Positions 9,408-19,214 of a DNA stretch of 64,000 bases are shown here, piece after piece. Both the position numbers and the translations under genes were made by a program. Positions within the stretch are counted from its first letter, which is position 1, and each line of letters begins with the position of its first letter. The notes under the pieces were generated by a model, which did no database searches, had not been told where the DNA came from, and was given only the letters and a program-made list of their open reading frames with translations. This DNA comes from Thermoproteota archaeon (GTDB lineage: Archaea > Korarchaeota > Korarchaeia > Korarchaeales > Korarchaeaceae), in NCBI GenBank assembly GCA_027492205.1, contig JAOZFN010000017.1:32001-96000 (forward strand), written 5' to 3'.

Positions 9408-11765
9408 ATGGCCACCACACCCTCCGAGGGGAGGGCCGGGAGGTGGCTCTCCAGGCTCCTCCTGCTGGAGCGGCCCGGGGTCGAGATGGTCCGAACCCCG
9501 GAGACGGAGAGGCTCCTCAAGAAGAGGGTGGACGTGCTGGTTCCGGAGTCCGCCAGGCCCCTGGAGGAGGCGGTCCTCCACCACCTGTGCGGAGAGGTCG
9601 TCGACGGGGTTCCCCCGCCTAGGGTCATCGTCCTCCTGGGACCCCTCGGCTCGGGGAAGACGGCGGTGTGCGAGAAGATAGCCCAGGAGGCTGCGGCAAG
9701 GTCGAGGGCGCTGGAGGTCAAGTTCGTGAGCCCCAGCGACGTGTTCAGCAAGTGGTACGGCGAGAGCGAGAGGAGGGTGGCCTCTCTCTTCTCAGTGCCC
9801 AGGGGGAGGAGCAGGCTCGTCGTCTTCGACGACTTCGACAGCTTCGTGTCCGTGGACGTCTCCTCGATGGACCTGGACAGCCCCGGACAGGTCGCCGACC
9901 TCAGGGTGAGGGACGAGCTGGTCCACAGGCTGGACGAGCTCGCCTCTGGGGACGAGGCCATCGTGGTGGTGTTCACAAGCAACTCCGACCGGGTGATCCC
10001 GGACTACAAGAAGAGGGCCAGGATCGTCAGGCTGACGTACAGCAGGGAGGAACTCGTCCAGGTCACGAGGATCCTACAGGAGAGGTATGGGGTCGAGGCG
10101 GACCCCGAGGAGGTGCTGGAGGCCGTGGAGGAGGCCGTCTTCACCCTGGGGTACAGGTACGTGGTACCCGGAGACCTGGAGAACGTCCTCTACTCGGCGG
10201 CCGAGGAGGCGCGGAGGGAGGGGAGGAGGGCGACCATCCAGGACGTCAGGGCGAAGGCGCTGAGCGCGAAGGACTACGCGGAGTCCACCGTCCTTGACGC
10301 GGCCCTCATGATCAAGCCGAAGACCACGCTCAGGGACGTGGGCGGGATGTGGAGGGTGAAGAGGGCCGTCGTCGTTCCCGTGGCCGTGGTGATGATGAGC
10401 CCGAGCGTCGAGGCCCCCAGGGGGATCCTGCTGTACGGCCCGCCGGGCACCGGGAAGACCACGCTGGCCAGGGCCCTTGCCGGGACCTTCAATGCCACCT
10501 TCCTCTACGTCAAGCTGACCGACATATATGGCCACAGGGACCCCCTGAAGGTGCTCAGCGACGTCTTCAGGGAGGCGAGGAAGAGGCAGCCCAGCATCCT
10601 GTTCTTCGACGAGTTCGACGCCATAGCCGCGGACAGGAGGGTCAACCCGGTGGCCGCCAGAATAGTGAACCACCTCCTACAGGAGATGGAGGGGCTCCTG
10701 CAGGGCAGGAACAGGATCATCGTGATAGCCGCCACGAACTTCGTGGAGAGGGTCGACCCGGCGATAATCTCGAGGTTCCAGCCCAACGTGATCTACGTCG
10801 GGCTGCCGGAGACCTACGAGGAGCTGAGGGAGATACACGAGGTCTACGTGAGGAGGTACGGGGCCTCGTTCACGGCCGAGGAGGCTCTCAGGCTGGTCGG
10901 ACTTAGGGTGAGGGTGCCCAGGATGATATCGAGGCTCTACGAGGAGGCCGAGAGGCTCAGGCAGGCGGAGCTCGTCTCGGAGCTCGTGGACGACTGCCTC
11001 CTGGGAGGGATCTTCGAGGAGCACAGGAGGAGGCGGAGGGCCATAGAGGAGAGGCACGGCCGCGGCGACGGATATCCCCTGAGGCTGGAGCACCTGTCAG
11101 AGGCCCTGAGGAGGTTCACCGGTCTGAGCGAGACCCTGAACGCGATCTCCGTCTCGGCCACCCCCGGGGGAGATAGGGTCGTGGGCAGGGCCATGGCCGT
11201 CGCCTCGCTGAGCGACAGCGGCGAGGGGGTGGTGTTCCCTGTCGAGGCGGTCTCATCGACAGAGAGGCGGGGCGTGGAGGTGCTCGGGGCCGACGAGACC
11301 GTCCTGGAGTCGGCGAAGGCCGCTAGGGCCTGGCTCGCCCAGAGGCTGCCGGAGGCCGACAGGCGCGGCTGGACCGTCCAGTTCATCACGCCAGCGGAGG
11401 GATCCCCCCAGAGGCCCTCTGGGCCAAGCGCGGGCCTGGCCATCGCCGTCGCGATGTGGAGCGAGCTCACAGGGACCCCGATCAGGCAGGACGTCGCCCT
11501 ATCGGGCAAGGTCTCCGCCAAGACGGGGGTCGTCGGGCCCGTGGGCGGGTGGGACAGCGCCAACACGGGAAAGATCTCGGCGGTCCTCGCGGCAGACTGG
11601 GTCAGCTGCGTGGTCATCCCGGAGGCTAACAGGTTCGAGTACGGGGTGGAGGTCAGGGAGAACCTTGCCGTGAGGGAGCTGGAAAGGAGGGGCAAGAGGG
11701 TGGTGTTCGTGAGGACCGTTGACGAGGCCATCGAGGTGGCCTCCGGGGGGCGGGGCTCGGAGTGA
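9408..11765 (+). CDS. tandem AAA+ ATPase (CDC48/PAN-like) fused to a Lon-type S16 protease domain
   Basis: D1: GPLGSGKT, SKWYGESE, VFDDFD. D2: GPPGTGKT, FFDEFD, AATN..DPAIISRF. C-terminal GPSAG (Ser), PVGG..GKI (Lys), IPEAN. Confidence 0.85.
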   Translation: MATTPSEGRAGRWLSRLLLLERPGVEMVRTPETERLLKKRVDVLVPESARPLEEAVLHHLCGEVVDGVPPPRVIVLLGPLGSGKTAVCEKIAQEAAARSRALEVKFVSPSDVFSKWYGESERRVASLFSVPRGRSRLVVFDDFDSFVSVDVSSMDLDSPGQVADLRVRDELVHRLDELASGDEAIVVVFTSNSDRVIPDYKKRARIVRLTYSREELVQVTRILQERYGVEADPEEVLEAVEEAVFTLGYRYVVPGDLENVLYSAAEEARREGRRATIQDVRAKALSAKDYAESTVLDAALMIKPKTTLRDVGGMWRVKRAVVVPVAVVMMSPSVEAPRGILLYGPPGTGKTTLARALAGTFNATFLYVKLTDIYGHRDPLKVLSDVFREARKRQPSILFFDEFDAIAADRRVNPVAARIVNHLLQEMEGLLQGRNRIIVIAATNFVERVDPAIISRFQPNVIYVGLPETYEELREIHEVYVRRYGASFTAEEALRLVGLRVRVPRMISRLYEEAERLRQAELVSELVDDCLLGGIFEEHRRRRRAIEERHGRGDGYPLRLEHLSEALRRFTGLSETLNAISVSATPGGDRVVGRAMAVASLSDSGEGVVFPVEAVSSTERRGVEVLGADETVLESAKAARAWLAQRLPEADRRGWTVQFITPAEGSPQRPSGPSAGLAIAVAMWSELTGTPIRQDVALSGKVSAKTGVVGPVGGWDSANTGKISAVLAADWVSCVVIPEANRFEYGVEVRENLAVRELERRGKRVVFVRTVDEAIEVASGGRGSE

Positions 11766-12376
11766 CTAGGAGGGGGCTGGGCGCCCTGATAGCCGCGCTG
11801 GCCTACGCCCTGACCGTCATCCACGTCACGTGGGCGGGCATGACGCACTTCGGCCAGGTAACGTTGGAGCTGGACGCGAGCTCGGAGTCGACTCTGGTAG
11901 TCAGGAACCTGGCCGGGAGGAGCGCTGTCGTGAGGCTCGTCTTCGTGGGGGACAGGAGGATCCAGGTGGGCCGGAACGTGGGTCCTGGGGGCCTGGTGAG
12001 GGTGGACCTGGGTGGGCCGAGCGGAGAGAGGATCCTGGTCGTCACAGATGCCGGGGAGTGGGTGCTGTTCCCCGGGGGAAAGAGGGTGGTGACGAACAGG
12101 CTGACCAGCCAGGCGGCCCTCGTCGTCGTATCGGTCTGGACGCTGTTCCCGCCACTGGTGGTGTTCCTGTGGGAGTACTTCAAGGGGGTGAGGGGGGTAG
12201 CCGCCCCCTACCTCCTGGCCTACGCGCCCACGGCGGCCTCGTGCCTCCACGCCGGAGGGGCCTGGGCGGCCTTCTCTCCCCTGGTGTCGTCCCTGGCGGG
12301 GAGCGCCTCGGCCCTCCTACTGTCGGAGTACGCCAGGAGGAGGTTAATTGTCGAGGAGGGGGCGAGGGAGGGGTGA
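11762..12376 (+). CDS. hypothetical membrane protein
   Basis: N-terminal hydrophobic helix, small beta-rich domain, ~3 C-terminal TM helices; GTGA overlap with the AAA-Lon gene. Confidence 0.7.
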   Translation: MTRRGLGALIAALAYALTVIHVTWAGMTHFGQVTLELDASSESTLVVRNLAGRSAVVRLVFVGDRRIQVGRNVGPGGLVRVDLGGPSGERILVVTDAGEWVLFPGGKRVVTNRLTSQAALVVVSVWTLFPPLVVFLWEYFKGVRGVAAPYLLAYAPTAASCLHAGGAWAAFSPLVSSLAGSASALLLSEYARRRLIVEEGAREG

Positions 12377-12383
12377 GGGTGGG

Positions 12384-13622
12384 TCAGGCCAGGGCCTCGA
12401 GCCTCACCCCCTTGGTCTCCGGGACGGTCCAGATCAGGGCAGCGGCGAGAAGCACAGCCACCGCAGCGGCCATGAGGCCGGCGTTAAACCCGGCAAGGCC
12501 GGCGACGTAGCCCAGCAGGACCGGGGCGGCGAACGAGACGGCCCTAGCCCCGTTGTAGCACAGGGAGGCCCCGGTCGCCCTGACCCTCGTCGGAAAGATC
12601 TCGCCGAAAAGCGCCCCGTAGACCGAGAAGAACCCGCAGGCAAACGTGTTTGCGGCCAGGGCCGCGAATCCCGTAAGCCCGGGCCCGGCTGCCGTCAGCC
12701 CCAGGACCGAGGCGGCGAACATGGCGGCGTAGATGGTGAAGGTCGGCCTCCTCCCGATCCTGTCCGCCGCGACGCCGAAGAGCGCGTGCCCGAACCACCC
12801 AATGAGCCAGGAGGCCCCGACGAAGGTCGCCGACCTGACCATGGACATGCCCTTGACGGTCTCTAGGTAGGCCGGAGCCCAGGACCAGAGCGTGTAGAAG
12901 GCGAACATCCCGAGGGACGCGAGGGCGAGGCCCTTGAGCGTCCTCCCGATCAGGTCCCCGTGGAAGAGCTGGCGCAGGGTGGGCCACCCAGCCTTCTCGG
13001 AGAGCTCGGGCGGGAGTTCGCCCCTATCTTTGGCCCTCTTGTACTCCAGCCAGAGCCTCGACTCGGGCATCTTCCCCCTGACGACCACGAGCAGGAGTAT
13101 GGGGAGTACGGCCACGGCGAATCCCGCCCTCCAGCCGAACCTCGACATGACGAGGGCCGCGTCCGTAGAGGCTATGGCCATGCCTATGGGCCAACCCGCC
13201 TGCGTGAGGCCCACCATGCTTCCCCTGGTATCTGGGGGCCAGACCTCGTTCAGGATCGCCATGCCTAGGCCCCACTCCCCGCCGATGCCCAGGCCGGCCA
13301 CGAACCTGAACAGGGCGACCTCCCAGAGGTTCCCGCTGAGGGCCGTGAGCCCGGTGGCCACGCTGTAGAGGGCAATGTCAAGCATGAGTCCCCTCTTCCT
13401 GCCTATCGCGTCGGCTATGACCCCAAAGAGCACCCCGCCCAGCCCCGTGGCCACCAGCTGCAGCCCGAACACGGAGCCGATGACCGTCTTGGAGACGCCG
13501 AACTCGGCCATCATCTGATTGAGCGCGAAGGATAGGACCGAGAAGTCAAAAGCGTCAAAGGCCCAGCCAGCCACCACGACGAACAGCGTCCAATACCTCT
13601 CAGAGCGGGTGTACTCGGCCGT
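12384..13622 (-). CDS. MFS transporter
   Basis: AFDAFD, ADAIGRK, GIGGEW, ADRIGRR, EIFPTRVRATG, VPETKG; first standard start is 13577 but the frame extends to an ACG at 13622. Confidence 0.9.
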   Translation of the reverse strand, partial: TAEYTRSERYWTLFVVVAGWAFDAFDFSVLSFALNQMMAEFGVSKTVIGSVFGLQLVATGLGGVLFGVIADAIGRKRGLMLDIALYSVATGLTALSGNLWEVALFRFVAGLGIGGEWGLGMAILNEVWPPDTRGSMVGLTQAGWPIGMAIASTDAALVMSRFGWRAGFAVAVLPILLLVVVRGKMPESRLWLEYKRAKDRGELPPELSEKAGWPTLRQLFHGDLIGRTLKGLALASLGMFAFYTLWSWAPAYLETVKGMSMVRSATFVGASWLIGWFGHALFGVAADRIGRRPTFTIYAAMFAASVLGLTAAGPGLTGFAALAANTFACGFFSVYGALFGEIFPTRVRATGASLCYNGARAVSFAAPVLLGYVAGLAGFNAGLMAAAVAVLLAAALIWTVPETKGVRLEALA

Positions 13623-13760
13623 CCCGGGTCACCGGCGCGGTCTTCGGCATTTCAGTTAAAAGTTTGGCCACTTGGGGGCGACCTCGCGGGAGGACACGGG
13701 CCACGCGCGCCCGCCGGAGGCTGGGTAACCTTTTTCGATTCGTCCGGACGTCGGAGTAAG

Positions 13761-14633
13761 GTGCTCGTAAGGCCTCTCGCGTTCGACTCCATGGGCGTCC
13801 GCAGCATGGCCACGTACGTGGAGACGAGGGACGTGAGCCTGCTGATCGACCCGGGCGTGGCCCTGGCGCCGAGGAGGTTCGGCCTGCCTCCCCACGACGT
13901 GGAGAGGGAGAGGCTCAGGAGCCTCGCCAGGGTCATAGAGGAGCACGCCAGGCGGGCCCGGATTCTGGTTGTGACGCACTACCACTACGACCACCACGAC
14001 CTGGGGAGGAGGATACCCCTGGACGTGTACGACGGCAAGCTCGTGTTCGTGAAGCACCCAGAGGAGAACATCAACAGGAGCCAGGCGGTCGTGAGGGCGC
14101 CCAGGTTCCTCAAGGCCATAGAGGGGCGGCCCGAGAGACTGGAGTACGCCGACGGAAGCTACCTGCGCGTGGGCGACACGGAGATCCTGTTCTCTGAGGC
14201 CGTGCCGCACGGGGCGGACTCCAGGCTGGGTTACGTCGTTCAGGTGGCGGTGAAGGAGGGAGACGAGACCTTCCTGTTCACGTCAGACGTCGAGGGGCCC
14301 GCGCTGAGGGAGCAGCTGAGGTTAGCACTCGAGGTGAACCCGACCGTCGCCTACGTGGACGGCCCCATGACCTACATGCTGGGCTTCAAGTACCCCGAGG
14401 AGATCCTGAGGGCGTCGGTCGAGAACCTGCTCAAGCTGATCTCCGAGACCCACCTCCGGACGATCGTCCTGGACCATCACTTCGCCAGGGACCTGGGCTG
14501 CTGGGAGCACCTCTCGGAGGTCGTGTCGGCGGCCAGGGAGAAGGGGGTGAAGCTCATCCTGGCGGCCCAGGAGGCCGGCCAGGACGTCAACATGCTGGAG
14601 GCCCGCAGGCGGGAACTCTACGGTAGGGCCTGA
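13761..14633 (+). CDS. metallo-beta-lactamase-fold hydrolase (UPF0282-like)
   Basis: DSMGVRSMAT, THYHYDH, VPHG, TSDVEG, DHH. Confidence 0.88.
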   Translation: MLVRPLAFDSMGVRSMATYVETRDVSLLIDPGVALAPRRFGLPPHDVERERLRSLARVIEEHARRARILVVTHYHYDHHDLGRRIPLDVYDGKLVFVKHPEENINRSQAVVRAPRFLKAIEGRPERLEYADGSYLRVGDTEILFSEAVPHGADSRLGYVVQVAVKEGDETFLFTSDVEGPALREQLRLALEVNPTVAYVDGPMTYMLGFKYPEEILRASVENLLKLISETHLRTIVLDHHFARDLGCWEHLSEVVSAAREKGVKLILAAQEAGQDVNMLEARRRELYGRA

Positions 14634-14689
14634 TCCCCGGATCGGAGCCCAGATCACCCCTTCCGCGTGCGGAACCTCCCTGCGTCGGG

Positions 14690-15230
14690 CCAGAACCAAC
14701 CTTACCGGCTCTACGGACGCCCCTTCCGGCCGCGTGGAAGGGAACCTCCGCCCTCCTCAGGTCCCACGTGCCTGTCGCTGAACGTCCCCTCCACCGCCCC
14801 GGCCCCGACCACATCGGCCAGTACGAGGGTCATCGCGTCCCACCTGAACGGTCTGGTGCACCCTGCACTCCACCACCCCGAGGGCGTTGTCAAGGGCCGG
14901 CGCGCTCACTTCTCTGGCCCGAGCCGCCCTCCAGCCGACGACCGAGAGCTTGTCCACATCCCTCCCGCTCACCGAGCTCAGGTAGAGGATCTCGTCCACC
15001 TGATCCACGGAGAGAACTCGCAGCGTGAACTCCCCTCGCTCCAGCAGAAGCCCGCGGGTGCAGGACTCCTCGCTCAGGGCAATCGCCACGACCGGCGGCC
15101 CGTCGGACACCGGCGTCACCCACGAGGCCGGCGCGAAGCTGTACTCTCCATCGATGTCTCCGGCTCCCACCAGGACCACAGGCCTCGGGTGCAGCATCCT
15201 CCAGGAGACCTCTGGATCGACCTCCCTCAC
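14690..15230 (-). pseudogene. flavin reductase family protein, frameshifted in the 3' part
   Basis: LHPRPVVLV, ASWVTPVS, SGRDVDK, VECRV; continuations TLVLADVV and WDLRRAEVPFH lie in two other frames (shifts at ~14840 and ~14774); 3' end approximate. Confidence 0.75.
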
Positions 15231-15434
15231 GGCCGCTCCCTGGAGGTTCCCCTCTAGCTACAGTTTAGCGACGCGCCTCGCCAGCAGGGGGCGGGTGAAG
15301 CCGGAGGATGAGCCGACACCATGGCACCAGCGGGGAGCTGCCCCCGGAGGCGGTGACCGAGTGGTCCTCCGGCGACCCCCATCTCCCCAGATTCCGCAGC
15401 GTTCTAGTCTCCGTCTCTAGGCCCTATGCGCGGA

Positions 15435-16133
15435 TCACTCCCTGAGGGGCATCATGACGTCTGGCCTGTTCGAGGCCACCCCGTCGGCCCCCCTCCTCTT
15501 GAGTTCCCTCGCCGTCTCGAGGTCGTCCACGGTCCACGGGACGACCCTCAGCCTCATCCTGTGGGCGAAGGCGATGGCCTTCCCTGTGGCGAGGCGGTAG
15601 TACGGCAGGACGAACTCGCAGCCGAGCTTCTTGGCCCCGACAATCCCGTCGGAGGGCTTGAAGTAGATCAGCCCAATGTGTGCCCCCTCTTCCTCGGCCC
15701 TCACATGTGAAAGGGCGATCTCACTGAAGGAGATGAACAGGACCTCGTCCAGCATCCCCACATCCCTGACCAGCTTCAGGGACGGCAGCGCCGCCTCATC
15801 CACCTTCAGCTCCACGAACAGAATCGCCCTGCCCCTGACCTCGTCGAGGACCTCTTCGAGGGTCGGGATCCTCTCGCCCTGACCGGCGTCAAGCCTTCTC
15901 AGCTCCTCAAGCGTCATCTCCGCCACCTTCCCGGCGCCGTCGGTGGTCCTGTCGACTGTCTCGTCGTGAATGACCACGGGAACCCCGTCGGCCGAGAGCC
16001 TGACGTCGACCTCCACGGCGTCCGCGCCGATCTCCAGGGCCCTCCTGACCGCTCTCACGGTGTTCTCGGGCTCGTAGGCGCTCGCTCCCCGGTGGGCTAC
16101 CACGAAGAACTTGGCCTCCTCGAGCATGAACAC
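15435..16133 (-). CDS. glycerophosphodiester phosphodiesterase
   Basis: AHRGAS, PENT, EVDV, HDETVDRTT, WTVDD. Confidence 0.93.
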   Translation of the reverse strand: MFMLEEAKFFVVAHRGASAYEPENTVRAVRRALEIGADAVEVDVRLSADGVPVVIHDETVDRTTDGAGKVAEMTLEELRRLDAGQGERIPTLEEVLDEVRGRAILFVELKVDEAALPSLKLVRDVGMLDEVLFISFSEIALSHVRAEEEGAHIGLIYFKPSDGIVGAKKLGCEFVLPYYRLATGKAIAFAHRMRLRVVPWTVDDLETARELKRRGADGVASNRPDVMMPLRE

Positions 16134-16178
16134 TCGCGACGCCCCCCGGAGAGACCAGAAAAACGTGAGGTCGCCCCC

Positions 16179-16526
16179 TCACCTGACCGGGATCACCCTT
16201 CCCGCGCGCCTGAGCCAGTCAAGCCCATCGGGGGGGGCTACGTGTATCTCCAAGGGGGCGGCCAGGTCTCCCAGCCTCGAGAAAATCTCCACCCTCAGCT
16301 CAGCCAGCTTGCCCAGCTTCGTTGGAAGCCCTGTCAGAGATCACGAGGACGCCGATGTCGCTCGCCCCAGGAATAGCCCTTCCCCGACCGCCGAGCCGAA
16401 AAGGAACACCCTGACGTTTGGGTAACCAAGAAGATCCCGAGCGATTTCCGCTATTCGAGACGCGTACTCCATGGGACGCTGAAAGTACTCCCTCTCCTTC
16501 TCGACGATCTCTCTCTGTAGATCCAT
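16179..16526 (-). pseudogene. frameshifted MNT nucleotidyltransferase
   Basis: VRVFLFGSAV, SDIGVLVISD and APLEIHV..IPVR* occur in successive shifted frames; DxD reads DIG. Confidence 0.75.
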
Positions 16527-16529
16527 CAG

Positions 16530-16680
16530 GGTTTTTTAGGCACCTCCTCATCCCCTCCAGTAGCTCCTCGTAGGCGCTCAACATATCCCTGACCTCGACA
16601 TCCTGCCTGGCATTCCTGTAGGAGCTGTCTGCTCTTCCTGAGGAACTCGAACTCAGGCACTCCTTCCCTCCTTCCTCCAT
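16530..16680 (-). pseudogene. probable internally deleted HEPN remnant
   Basis: RADSSYRNARQDVE resembles a HEPN first helix joined directly to a last-helix-like VRDMLSAYEELLE; lies just upstream of the MNT. Confidence 0.4.
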
Positions 16681-16767
16681 TATTCTGGATTCGCTATAAC
16701 CATGCCCTTCAGCCCACCCCTCCAGCCCCGGGGAAGTCGGCGCGTGGCGTTCCCGGGTGGAGGTTCC

Positions 16768-17478
16768 TTAGATGCCCAGGTAGTGCTCTCTCACCTTCTT
16801 GTTGCTCGCGACCTCCTCGGAGGTCCCGCTCAGCACTATCCTCCCGTTCTCCAGGACGTACGCCCTGTCGCTGACCCTGAGGGCGACGGGCACGTGCTGC
16901 TCCACCAGGAGTATCGTGACCCCCCTCTCCCTGAGCCTCTGTATCGACCGGAAGACCTTCGACACCAGGATCGGAGCGAGGCCCATGGAGGGCTCGTCGA
17001 GCATCAGCAGCCGCGGGTTGGTGATCATGGCCCTGGCGATGGCCAGCATCTGGGCCTCCCCCCCGCTGAGCGTCCTGGCGACCTGATCCCTCCGCTCCTT
17101 CAGCCTCGGGAAGAGGTCGAAGACCATCTCCAAGTTCTCCTCGAAGCTGTCCCTGCACCTCCTCATGTAAGAGGCCGCCATGAGGTTCTCGAGGACCGTC
17201 AGGTTCGGAAATATCCTCCTGCCCTCAGGTACGAGGGACATCCCCCTCTCCGCCAGCTCCCACGCGGGCAGCCCGGTCACGTCTTCCCCGTAGAAGGTTA
17301 TCCTCCCCGAGAGGGGGGTGAGTATGCCGGATACCGTGTGGAGGGTCGTGGTCTTGCCGGCACCGTTTGGTCCGATTATGCAGACGCTCTCCCCCTCTTC
17401 CACGTGGAACGAGACGTCCCAGAGGACCTGAACCTTCCCGTAGGCCACGTTGAGGTTCTGAACCTCCAGCGCCCTCAT
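16768..17478 (-). CDS. livF: branched-chain amino acid ABC transporter ATPase
   Basis: GPNGAGKTT, VPEGRRIF, LSGGE, LDEPSMGLAP. Confidence 0.92.
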   Translation of the reverse strand: MRALEVQNLNVAYGKVQVLWDVSFHVEEGESVCIIGPNGAGKTTTLHTVSGILTPLSGRITFYGEDVTGLPAWELAERGMSLVPEGRRIFPNLTVLENLMAASYMRRCRDSFEENLEMVFDLFPRLKERRDQVARTLSGGEAQMLAIARAMITNPRLLMLDEPSMGLAPILVSKVFRSIQRLRERGVTILLVEQHVPVALRVSDRAYVLENGRIVLSGTSEEVASNKKVREHYLGI

Positions 17479-18212
17479 ATCACCACCTCCGCTCCGAGGT
17501 AGGCCTCCACCACCTTGGGATCGTGGGCCACCTGCTCGGGCGGACCCTCAGCGATCTTCTCGCCGTAGTGGAGGACGACTATCCTGTCCGAGATCCCCAT
17601 CACGAACCTCATGACGTGCTCGACCACCCAGAGGGTGACCCCCATCTCCCTGTTCACCCTCCTCAGGAGCTCGATGAGGTCGTCCACCTCGCCAGGGTTG
17701 AGACCCGCGGCCGCCTCGTCCAGCAGCAGGAGCTTTGGATCCGTGGCCAGGGCCCTAGCAATGGCGGTCTGCTTGATCTGGACTATGTTGAGGTCCCTGC
17801 AGAGCCTGTCCCTCAGCCTGTCCAGGCCCATGAACTCGAGGATCTCCCTCACCCTCCTCTCGACTTCGGCCTCGTCGGAGAGGCGGTTGTACGCCCCGAC
17901 CCTGACGGCGTCCTCGACGGTCAGCCCCAGGAACGGCTTGACCACCTGGAACGTCCTGCTGATCCCCAGCTTGGCTATCTCGTGTGGTGGCCTTCCTGTG
18001 ATGTCCTCTCCGCGAAATATGACCTTCCCGGAGTCCGGAGGGTAGTATCCGGTGACCACGTTGAAGAGGGTTGTCTTCCCGGCCCCGTTGGGCCCTATCA
18101 TCCCGAGTATCTCCCCCTCGTACACGTCGACGTCCACGCGGTCCAGCGCCACAATGCCGCCGAACCTCTTGGTCACCCCCCTCACCCGGAGGAGGGCCTC
18201 AGCCTCTGTCAA
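17475..18212 (-). CDS. livG: branched-chain amino acid ABC transporter ATPase
   Basis: KRFGG, GPNGAGKTT, RTFQ, LLDEAAAGL, VVEAYLG; TTG start after GGAGGTG. Confidence 0.9.
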   Translation of the reverse strand: MTEAEALLRVRGVTKRFGGIVALDRVDVDVYEGEILGMIGPNGAGKTTLFNVVTGYYPPDSGKVIFRGEDITGRPPHEIAKLGISRTFQVVKPFLGLTVEDAVRVGAYNRLSDEAEVERRVREILEFMGLDRLRDRLCRDLNIVQIKQTAIARALATDPKLLLLDEAAAGLNPGEVDDLIELLRRVNREMGVTLWVVEHVMRFVMGISDRIVVLHYGEKIAEGPPEQVAHDPKVVEAYLGAEVVI

Positions 18213-18213
18213 C

Positions 18214-19212
18214 CTACCCACCTCCCGCCCGTCTCCTGAGCAGGGCCGCCCTGATCCGTCCGTAGAGCCTCTCGTAGGTCTCAGACAGGCCCTCCGGCTT
18301 AAGCAAAACAACGACCGTCAGTATCACGCCGTAGAAGATCAGGTGGATGCCGGGGATCCACCCCCCCAAGGTCGACCTGAGAAGCTCCGATATCGAGTAG
18401 ATGATGAAGGTGGTCGCGGGCAGGCTGTAGATGGACCCCACGCCCGCCCCGCCAACTATGCCGAGGATGGCGACCTGGAGGCTTGTCCAGGTGTCGAAGT
18501 GGTGCGGGTGCAGGTACCCGCTGATCAGGGCGAAGATCCCCCCTATGCAACCCGTGACGAAGGCGTAGATGAGCAGGGCCCTGAGCTTGTACTTCCTCAC
18601 GTCGATCCCCAGTATCTCGGCCGCCTCCTCGTTCTCCCTTATCGCCAGCAGGTAGTAGCCGGTCTTGCTCCTCCTGATCTTGACGTTCAGGAGCAGCACC
18701 ATGACCAGGACGGCCAGCAGGATGTAGTAGTACGGCGCATAGCCCCTGAACCTGAGGTAGTAGAGCTCGCCGTACCTGGCTGGCAGGTACCTCTCCTCCG
18801 GCCCTCCGACCCCCTCCCACACCAGGAAGAGCTTCTGCAGCACGACCACGCTGCTTATCGTCGCCAGGGCGTACCAGGCCTCCTTCAGCCCGAACCTGAA
18901 GGTCGGGTAGCCCACCAGGGCCGCGAAGCCCGCTGCAACCAGCCCTCCCAGCGGTATACCCACCCATGGGGTCACGTCGAGCCTCGTCAGCAGGGTCCCC
19001 ATCGTGTAGGCGCCCAGACCTATGTACGACGCGGCCGCCAGGTCCAGCTGACCGGCCAGGCCTCCGATCACGTTCCACGCCGTCACCAGAGTTGAGTAGT
19101 AGAGGATCCACGTTAGGAGGAGGACGTAGTAGTTGTTCATCCTGACCGCCAGTGGGAGGGCGGCCAGCATGGCCGTCAGCGCGACTATGGGCTTTAGGTC
19201 GGACGCCCTCAT
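18214..19212 (-). CDS. livM: branched-chain amino acid ABC permease
   Basis: WNVIGGLAGQL, AIRENEEAAEILGID. Confidence 0.9.
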   Translation of the reverse strand: MRASDLKPIVALTAMLAALPLAVRMNNYYVLLLTWILYYSTLVTAWNVIGGLAGQLDLAAASYIGLGAYTMGTLLTRLDVTPWVGIPLGGLVAAGFAALVGYPTFRFGLKEAWYALATISSVVVLQKLFLVWEGVGGPEERYLPARYGELYYLRFRGYAPYYYILLAVLVMVLLLNVKIRRSKTGYYLLAIRENEEAAEILGIDVRKYKLRALLIYAFVTGCIGGIFALISGYLHPHHFDTWTSLQVAILGIVGGAGVGSIYSLPATTFIIYSISELLRSTLGGWIPGIHLIFYGVILTVVVLLKPEGLSETYERLYGRIRAALLRRRAGGG

Positions 19213-19214
19213 GG

